From the NCBI GenBank assembly GCA_020051075.1, contig JAGVJP010000131.1:1-39932 (forward strand): 39,932 nucleotides of DNA, written 5' to 3'. The translations under genes and the position numbers were made by a program. Below, in pieces: positions 1 to 6,089 of this stretch. The notes below the pieces were generated by a model that did no database searches, was not told the DNA's origin, and was given only the letters and a program-made list of their open reading frames with translations. Every line of letters begins with the position of its first letter. Within the stretch, counting starts at the first letter, position 1. Source of the stretch: Parachlamydiales bacterium (lineage in GTDB: Bacteria; Chlamydiota; Chlamydiia; Chlamydiales; Parachlamydiaceae).

Positions 1-96
1 ATGCCTAAGGGGAAATGGGTAAAAGCAGCTTAAACGGTAGGCAAAGCGGTACATGCTGGATGGATTTTTTTTTAATCCCTATTATGCAACAACGCC

Positions 97-174
97 CTTT
101 CGCACTCCAAACGCTTCGCGCTGAAAAAATGGGTAATGGTAAGGCCTGACGGCCTGAGGACAGTTCACACCTAT
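97..174. repeat. Repeat family A segment (CTTTCGCACTCCAAACGCTTCGCG...), inverted copy of 39812-39881
   Basis: 97-174 is the reverse complement of 39812-39881 apart from an extra GGCCTGAC. The core 24-mer also occurs at ~8414 and ~14095. Confidence 0.85.
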
Positions 175-422
175 TTATGAGCTATGAAAGAGCGACACAT
201 CATTATGGATAAGCAGGATACAAGTTCTCGCCAAAAATTAACCACACTCGCCCAGAGGCCGTCAGGACTGGAACTACATTCCATCGTGACCTGTAAGTGA
301 ATAACAGTCTGTTATTGGCAATAGCTTTTGACCTCCCCCTCTTTTTATTTTTCTTAATCTTGCCTAAAATCAGCAAAAATGGCTAAATATTTAATCCTCC
401 AGCTCTGTCAAGGAAGTATTTA

Positions 423-1178
423 ATGAAAGATTCAGATAAATTTCATCTGATGATCGTGGGCGATGTGCACGGACACTATGAAGATTACCTCGAAACGATA
501 CGGCTGGCGAACTACTCATTACAATTAGGGGATTTGGGGTTCGATTACACTCCACTGATACGGAGCGGGGAATGGGATCCGGAGAAACACAAATTCCTCC
601 CCGGCAACCACGATAACTATACCGTTAAAGAAGTTCATGGCGTCGATCCTCGGTCAGCCCAAATTCTAGACCCTTATAGCAAATATGTTGTCGTTAATGA
701 AAAAGTCTATCTCTACACCCATCTGCCAAAAAATTTCGTCGGAAACTATGGCATTTGGAGAGTGCCGACAACACATCCAGAGGCCAAGCAAGATTTTCTG
801 TTCTTTGTCAGAGGTGCTTGGAGCATCGACTTCGCCAATCGCACGTTGGGTGTTGACCTATGGGAAAACGAAGAACTCACAGAGGATGAGTTGAAACGTG
901 CTGTGAAGATGTATGAAGAGGTTAAACCGTCGATCGTCATCACTCATACGTGTCCCCATTCTGTTAAAGAGCATCTCCATTTTTATGGCCCTCCCGTGAA
1001 GACGAGGACTAGCCTGTATCTGCAGCAGATGCTCGACATCCATCAACCGAAGTTGTGGGTGTTTGGACATCATCACCAAGAGTTTGACAAGGTGATTGGC
1101 GAGTGCCGCTTCGTCTGCCTTGAGGAGCTGGCATTCCTCTGCTTGGACGAAAACCTCGACCCAATCCCTTTTCAGTAA
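423..1178 (+). CDS. Calcineurin-like metallophosphoesterase
   Basis: Metallophosphoesterase motifs in the expected order: GDVHG, LGDLG, GNHD, ITHTCP, FGHHH. Confidence 0.85.
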   Translation: MKDSDKFHLMIVGDVHGHYEDYLETIRLANYSLQLGDLGFDYTPLIRSGEWDPEKHKFLPGNHDNYTVKEVHGVDPRSAQILDPYSKYVVVNEKVYLYTHLPKNFVGNYGIWRVPTTHPEAKQDFLFFVRGAWSIDFANRTLGVDLWENEELTEDELKRAVKMYEEVKPSIVITHTCPHSVKEHLHFYGPPVKTRTSLYLQQMLDIHQPKLWVFGHHHQEFDKVIGECRFVCLEELAFLCLDENLDPIPFQ

Positions 1179-1233
1179 ATGAAGAAGCCCAGTTATTTAA
1201 ACATCAAAACTACATAACCAAATATGATATCAT

Positions 1234-1670
1234 ATGAACACGATTTTGAAAGAAGAAGTTAAGCGAGTCTTTTGCAACTGCGAGGGGGACAATGACGTTG
1301 AAGACCTCATCGAGCGCCTCCGTGGAGCACCCAAAGAATCCCTTCATCAGCTTCTGATTAAAATGATTATGTTTAAATCCCTCCCCTTGGTACAGCTCGT
1401 GGTCGAATCTGGCGCTGAAATCGAAGAGCCCATTGGAGAAGGAATCACCCCATTGCTTTATGCCTGCCAAGAGGGGCAGCTTGAGATCGTCGACTATCTT
1501 GTAAAATTGAATTCCTCCTCCAACAAGGATTAGATATCAACGCAAGAGATCACAGCGGCAACACTCCTTTGGATCTTGCAATAGGCTTTGAAGTCCCTTC
1601 TCAATTCATTGAATTTTTTCAAAGTCATGGAGGGATTGCTATGACAGAAAATTCTTCATTGACATATTAG
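1234..1670 (+). pseudogene. Ankyrin-repeat protein disrupted by frameshift/internal deletion
   Basis: ORF 1234-1533 has an Ank motif (GITPLLYACQEGQLEIVDYLV). A second Ank repeat (EFLLQQGLDINARDHSGNTPLDLAI) continues in a different frame from ~1509 to a TAG at 1668-1670. Confidence 0.75.
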
Positions 1671-1688
1671 TGCAATATGCACTATGCT
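1659..1688 (+). promoter_or_regulatory. Sigma70/66-type promoter P1 (TTGACA-N18-TATGCT) with palindromic operator TAGTGCA-ATA-TGCACTA (1668-1684)
   Basis: Perfect -35 at 1659-1664 and -10-like hexamer at 1683-1688. The same architecture and palindrome recur at 3403-3432. Confidence 0.8.
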
Positions 1689-1696
1689 TATCTTTT

Positions 1697-1789
1697 GCTG
1701 GGCCGATGCAGGTGGTTTATCGGGTACGTTAAATGCTGCGGAAACGTGAGCGAACGTTAACCATTGGCGTATACATGCCCAGCTTTTTT
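1697..1789 (+). ncRNA. Y-RNA-like ncRNA 1 (putative Ro60/Rsr-binding RNA)
   Basis: The 5' GCUGGGCCGA pairs with the 3' UGCCCAGC leaving a bulged C, followed by U6. Upper stem GGUGGUU/AACCAUU, UUAUCGGGU motif, inner GCG-GAAA-CGU hairpin. Starts 8 nt after the -10 and is homologous to 3707-3805. Confidence 0.75.
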
Positions 1790-1790
1790 C

Positions 1791-1919
1791 TTGCATCAAT
1801 CACCACAGAGCCTGTGAGATCACAGAGAAGTTATGAGAAAGTTGAGAAATCATCAAACTCGTTTCTCCCTATCTCACACCTCCTCAGTGACCTCACTGGC
1901 TCTGTGGTGATAGATGCAA
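1791..1919. repeat. Palindromic miniature element (ACCACAGAG family) between ncRNA 1 and rtcB
   Basis: Terminal arms TTGCATCAATCACCACAGAGCC / GGCTCTGTGGTGATAGATGCAA with further imperfect pairing inward. A related half-element is at 37941-37970. Confidence 0.75.
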
Positions 1920-1950
1920 CAACGCCAAAGAATACCAAAAAAGGTGCCAC

Positions 1951-3366
1951 ATGAAACCTATCGAATTTCAACAGATGCTTGAAGAAGTCAGGCTCACACA
2001 CAAAGAACGGGATGAAGCCTGGAAAACTTTTAAACAAGTGAGTCCTGAAGCTGCCGTCGATTTCGTTCAGAAAATACACGAAATGAGGATTGAACTGCAA
2101 GGCAGTGTGAAACTTCGAGACACCGCAGTCCCTTTTCATATCTGGGGCTTGGAACATATCGACAGCACAGCTTTAGAACAGATGGAAGGAGCTGCTCGTC
2201 TGCCCATCGCTCTGGCCGGTTCTTTAATGCCAGATGCTCACAAAGGCTATGGATTGCCTATCGGCGGGGTCTTGGCGACTGAAAACGCCGTAGTCCCTTA
2301 TGCCGTTGGCGTCGACATCGCCTGCCGCATGATGATGACAGTCTATCCCACCTCACCAGATGCGCTGAAGAAGCCAAACTCACCTGAATTTCAACACCTG
2401 CAGAAAGCTTTAATTGATCATACAGTATTTGGAGCGGGTGCAGATGGCGTGCACGATGGAAAAATCGAACACCCGATCTTGGACCCATCTCACTGGCAAG
2501 GCACCAGGCTCATCCGCGATTTGCGCCTCACCGCTATCCGTCAAATTGGCACAAGCGGAACGGGCAACCACTTTGTCGAATGGGGTGAATTCGAAGTGCT
2601 CGATGCTGCCAACACTCTGAAACTAAAACCTGGAAGCTATTTAGCTTTGCTATCCCACAGCGGTTCCCGCGGCGTCGGCTATAAAATCGCGGAACATTAC
2701 ACTAAAATCGCCATGGAGCTGATGCCAGACCTCGATGAATCGGTGAAGCATTTAGCATGGCTCCCTCTCAATAGAGAGGAGGGACAAGAATACTGGAATG
2801 CGATGCAATTAGCAGGAGAGTTTGCTTCTGCAAACCATCACGTCATCCATGCCAGAATCGCTAAAGCAGCAGGACTCGAGAGCATCGCTTCCATTGAAAA
2901 CCATCATAACTTTGCTTGGGTGGAAAAAATTATTGTGGATGGAATCGAAAGAGAGGCGATTGTGCACCGCAAAGGGGCAACACCTGCAGGAAAAGGGGTT
3001 CTAGGAGTGATTCCAGGGACGATGGCAGACGTCGGTTTCGTTGTGGTAGGAAAGGGGAATCTTGAATCGTTGAACTCCGCATCTCATGGAAGCGGACGTC
3101 AAATGAGCCGGACAAACGCTCTCAAGACCATTACTCATCAACAGCATGCAGATTATTTAACTGAACGGGGCGTCACCTTGATTGGCGGAGGCCTGGACGA
3201 AGCTCCTCATGCCTATAAATCGATTCAAAAGGTGATTGAAGCCCAAAGCGATCTGGTTGACATCATCGGCACCTTCCAACCCCGTATCGTCAGGATGGCG
3301 GAAGACAAGCCTTTGCATCATATTAAACCAGCACCAGAAGGTGTTGTCGATGCAAAAGGGGATTAA
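1951..3366 (+). CDS. rtcB: RtcB family RNA ligase (3'-phosphate/2',3'-cyclic phosphate to 5'-OH)
   Basis: Signature motifs MPDAHKGYGLPIGG, VGVDIAC, GTSGTGNHFVE, HSGSRGVG, HHNFAW, HRKGAT, SHGSGRQMSR, DEAPHAYK. Confidence 0.95.
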   Translation: MKPIEFQQMLEEVRLTHKERDEAWKTFKQVSPEAAVDFVQKIHEMRIELQGSVKLRDTAVPFHIWGLEHIDSTALEQMEGAARLPIALAGSLMPDAHKGYGLPIGGVLATENAVVPYAVGVDIACRMMMTVYPTSPDALKKPNSPEFQHLQKALIDHTVFGAGADGVHDGKIEHPILDPSHWQGTRLIRDLRLTAIRQIGTSGTGNHFVEWGEFEVLDAANTLKLKPGSYLALLSHSGSRGVGYKIAEHYTKIAMELMPDLDESVKHLAWLPLNREEGQEYWNAMQLAGEFASANHHVIHARIAKAAGLESIASIENHHNFAWVEKIIVDGIEREAIVHRKGATPAGKGVLGVIPGTMADVGFVVVGKGNLESLNSASHGSGRQMSRTNALKTITHQQHADYLTERGVTLIGGGLDEAPHAYKSIQKVIEAQSDLVDIIGTFQPRIVRMAEDKPLHHIKPAPEGVVDAKGD

Positions 3367-3402
3367 ATGACTGCGAAAAGTTATTTTTTATTAAATTCCC
3401 TG

Positions 3403-3432
3403 TTGACAAATTAGTGCATTATGCACTATATT
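3403..3432 (+). promoter_or_regulatory. Sigma70/66-type promoter P2 (TTGACA-N18-TATATT) with palindromic operator TAGTGCA-TTA-TGCACTA (3412-3428)
   Basis: Same -35, same 18-bp spacer and same palindrome in the same register as 1659-1688. Confidence 0.8.
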
Positions 3433-3447
3433 TTATTTTTCCGGACT

Positions 3448-3611
3448 ATACCGGCATCTAGTTGAAATTGCCCATCTGGACTGCGCCAAAGCCCCGGGGT
3501 TGAATGATCGTAAATCACCCCATATTGACTTAATATTGGGTGATTTACGATCATTCAACCGCGGGAGCTTTCGCGCAGTCCAGATGGGCAATTTCAACTA
3601 GATGCCGGTAT
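3448..3611. repeat. 164-bp near-perfect palindrome (MITE/palindromic-element-like) in the leader of the Y RNA-rsr transcript
   Basis: 3448-3486 pairs perfectly with 3573-3611 (39 bp) and 3498-3520 with 3538-3560 (23 bp). About 76 bp of stem in total, with 3 mismatches, one bulge, a 5-nt loop and TA at the ends. Confidence 0.9.
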
Positions 3612-3620
3612 TAACGTGTT

Positions 3621-3684
3621 TCATCTGGGCCGGAGTATGTTGGTTACCGCTAAATCTCCAACTTACACAATCATGCCTAGATGG
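3621..3684 (+). ncRNA. Y-RNA-like ncRNA 2 (minimal, ~64 nt)
   Basis: CAUCUGGGCCG pairs with UGCCUAGAUG (bulged C). Upper stem GUAUGUUGG/CCAACUUAC; the loop starts UUACC. Same GGGCCG...CAUGCC frame as ncRNAs 1 and 3. Confidence 0.65.
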
Positions 3685-3706
3685 CTTTATACGTTTAGTA
3701 GATTTT

Positions 3707-3805
3707 GTTGGGCCGAATAAGGTGGATTATCGGGTGCACTGAAGTCGCGCGTCTAGTTACGCGAGGACATGTGTTTGCCATCTTTAAACCATGCCCAACT
3801 TTTTT
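3707..3805 (+). ncRNA. Y-RNA-like ncRNA 3
   Basis: GUUGGGCCGAA pairs with UGCCCAAC, followed by U6. Upper stem AAGGUGG/CCAUCUU, UUAUCGGGU motif, inner stems GCAC/GUGU, GUC/GAC and CGCGU/ACGCG. Compensatory changes relative to ncRNA 1. Lies directly upstream of rsr. Confidence 0.78.
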
Positions 3806-3845
3806 ATTCGCAATGGGTATTCCGTTGCCAACAATGAGACAAAAC

Positions 3846-5486
3846 ATGAGCTATAAAAACCTTATCCAGAATGCAGTGCCAACATTGAAAGGGAAAACCC
3901 CTGAATCTGTGCCTCTTCCAGGACAGGTTCAAAACGAAGCGGGAGGTTACTATTTCGCCATCGATCAATGGGCACAGCTTGATCGATTCCTGATTTTGGG
4001 AACAGATTCAGGAACCTACTACGTCAATCCTGCTCAACTGACGAAAGCGAACGCACAGATCATCCAGACGCTGCTTAAAACGGACGGGGTCAAAGTCGTT
4101 GCACGAATTGTCGAGGTCAGCGTAGACAACCTCGCTCCTAAAAACGATTCTGCCCTCTTCGCCCTTGCTCTTGCAGCCTCATGCGACGATCAACTCACCC
4201 GTCAAGCTGCTCTCGCAAACCTTCACAGAGTCGCACGCACAGGCAGCCATCTTCTGCAGTTTGCCGGTTATATCAACCATTTACGCGGCTGGGGCCGTGC
4301 CTTGCGCAATGCTGTTGCAGATTGGTTCACCGATATGCCTTTAGATCAGCTGACTTTGCAAGCGATCAAATATGAGCAGAGAGAAGGATGGTCGCTCCGC
4401 GACCTCTTGAGACTATCACACCCTAAATGTACTGACGATCCTGACCGAGCAGCTTTGTTCAACTGGATTGTAAAACCTAAAAATCCAGAAGCCATTGCAG
4501 CAGCGCGGAAGCAACGTCTGATCGAAGGCAAATATCAAGCACAAGAGACAACATCTGAACAAGAAATAAGCCAAATTGTCCGCACATACTCATTGCCACG
4601 AGAAGCTTTGCCTACAGAAGCTCTGAACAGTCAAGAGGTTTGGGATGCGCTGTTAGTCGATATGCCCATGACTGCGATGATTCGAAATTTAGGTAAAATG
4701 AGCGAAGTCGGCTTGCTTCAACCTTTTCATCCTGCTTCTCAGTATGTTGTCCAACGCCTGGGCGATCAGGAGCAATTAGTCAAAGCACGCATCAGCCCCT
4801 TTCAACTCTTGTTGGCCTTGCGTACCTATGCTAGAGGTAAGGGAGTCTTAGGATCGCTGACCTGGACACCTGTCCCATCCATCGTCACCGCTTTGGATGA
4901 GGCTTTCGAACTCTCCTTTTCCACAGTCGTGCCAACAAACAAACGCATATTGGTCGGGATCGACGTTTCAGGTTCGATGGGGTGTTCATGCACCGGCTCC
5001 CCAGTGCTATCTTCTGTAGAGGCTGCTGCTGCTGTCGCTTCATTCCTAGTGCGGACAGAAAAGGAAGTGCATACGATGGCTTTTGATACGAAAGAGCGGG
5101 AATTCCCCATCACTCCAAAACAACGACTCGACGATATCATCTTAAGCGTCTCTCAATGGGGAGGGGGAACAGACCTCTCGATTCCGGTCACCTATGCCTT
5201 GAAGAGACAACTTAATGTCGATGCCATCATCATCCTCACCGATAACGTAGGCTGGGCGGGCGATCGGCATAACGTCCAAGCCTTGAACGAATATCGCTCT
5301 AAAATTAACCCTCAGGCGAAATTGGTCGTTATGGCAACTTCTGCAAATGGAGGCATCATCTGTGATCCCAAAGACCCTCTATCATTAGGTGTCGTTGGGT
5401 TCGATGCATCCGCTCCCCAGGTCGCAATGGAATTCATCGGCGGTAATCAGATGAAGCCTTCTCGACGAGGTCTTAATGACGCCTGA
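3846..5486 (+). CDS. rsr: Ro60-related protein Rsr (TROVE + vWA domain)
   Basis: QVQNEAGGYYF, QLDRFLILGTDSGTYY, GWGRALR, KYEQREGWSLRDLLRLSHPK, MPMTAMIRNLGKM, vWA MIDAS DVSGSM, GGTD and TDN motifs. The start is most likely ATG 3846 (or 3834), not TTG 3705. Confidence 0.95.
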   Translation: MSYKNLIQNAVPTLKGKTPESVPLPGQVQNEAGGYYFAIDQWAQLDRFLILGTDSGTYYVNPAQLTKANAQIIQTLLKTDGVKVVARIVEVSVDNLAPKNDSALFALALAASCDDQLTRQAALANLHRVARTGSHLLQFAGYINHLRGWGRALRNAVADWFTDMPLDQLTLQAIKYEQREGWSLRDLLRLSHPKCTDDPDRAALFNWIVKPKNPEAIAAARKQRLIEGKYQAQETTSEQEISQIVRTYSLPREALPTEALNSQEVWDALLVDMPMTAMIRNLGKMSEVGLLQPFHPASQYVVQRLGDQEQLVKARISPFQLLLALRTYARGKGVLGSLTWTPVPSIVTALDEAFELSFSTVVPTNKRILVGIDVSGSMGCSCTGSPVLSSVEAAAAVASFLVRTEKEVHTMAFDTKEREFPITPKQRLDDIILSVSQWGGGTDLSIPVTYALKRQLNVDAIIILTDNVGWAGDRHNVQALNEYRSKINPQAKLVVMATSANGGIICDPKDPLSLGVVGFDASAPQVAMEFIGGNQMKPSRRGLNDA

Positions 5487-5754
5487 TGCATTAAGAGCGA
5501 TTGGAGAAGCCTTATTTGGCAAATGGGGATGGCAAACAAAATTAGCCAAAGCTTTACGCGTCGATGGAAGCACAGTGAGACGGTGGATTTCTGGAACGAC
5601 GACAATCCCAGGGCCAGCAGAAGTTGCCCTGGAATTGTTGTTGAGCTCTCATCAACGCAACATCAAAGACACTGCCAGTAGACCCAACACATCCGGCTCA
5701 TCCGGCACACCCAACACACAGAAACGACATCGTCCTGCCCATATCAAAAAATAA
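5476..5754 (+). CDS. Small Cro/XRE-like helix-turn-helix protein, candidate regulator of the rtcB/rsr promoters
   Basis: WQTKLAKALRVDGSTVRRWISG is a typical HTH. The start overlaps the rsr end by 11 nt, consistent with translational coupling. Confidence 0.75.
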   Translation: MTPDALRAIGEALFGKWGWQTKLAKALRVDGSTVRRWISGTTTIPGPAEVALELLLSSHQRNIKDTASRPNTSGSSGTPNTQKRHRPAHIKK

Positions 5755-5777
5755 TACTACTGTCCAAACCCATTCCT

Positions 5778-5980
5778 GCAACAAGATGAACAGGATAGGC
5801 AACATGGCAACTTCGCAGCATGGAAAAACAGGATAGGCAAGATCGCTTCGCGGCAAGATAGGCAGGATAGAGAATGCTTTCCATTGAATAAAATGCTTCT
5901 CCATCCTTCTCATCTTTCCCATCCTGTCAATTTCTCAGGATAGAAACGATGGAAAAGATAGGTATACTTGCATGCTTGCC
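5778..5980. repeat. Cluster of repeat family B (CAGGATAGGCAAGATCGCTTCGCGGCAAGATAGGCAGGAT)
   Basis: Same motif as 9228-9262 (inverted), 20149-20488 and 12837-12910. Confidence 0.75.
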
Positions 5981-6010
5981 TTCATGTGAAGTTTTCAATA
6001 TTGTTATCTT

Positions 6011-6082
6011 ATTATGCTCGAAATTGACAAATGTCGATTTTGAGCATAATGAATTGACATAAAAATTCTGCTCATTTATAAT
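6011..6082 (+). promoter_or_regulatory. Consensus promoter TTGACA-N17-TATAAT (6054-6082) with a 40-bp imperfect palindrome upstream (6011-6050); probably a leaderless mRNA
   Basis: Perfect -35, -10 and 17-bp spacer. The ATG at 6090 is 7 nt after the -10. Palindrome ATTATGCTCGAAATTGACA-AA-TGTCGATTTTGAGCATAAT. Confidence 0.8.
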
Positions 6083-6089
6083 AAGAGTC

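Noticed and set aside
1733..1954. 73-aa ORF upstream of rtcB (and antisense ORF 1831-2157)
   Set aside because: It runs through ncRNA 1 and a palindrome. The same peptide (ASITTEPVRS) appears on both strands, which is an artefact of the inverted repeat.
1600..3450. Sigma54 (-24/-12, TGGCAC-N-TTGC) promoter as in RtcR-regulated operons
   Set aside because: I found no correctly spaced GG-N10-GC consensus upstream of either unit and no rtcR gene. The TGCAC seen belongs to the palindrome.
1697..3805. YrlA-type tRNA-mimic or true tRNA genes near rsr
   Set aside because: No T-loop (GTTCRA) or cloverleaf found. The RNAs are end-paired stems only.
3705..3845. N-terminal extension of the TROVE ORF from TTG 3705 (593 aa in the ORF track)
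   Set aside because: It overlaps the structured Y-like RNA 3 and its U-tract and has no Ro60-like sequence. ATG 3846 (or 3834) gives a normal-sized Rsr.
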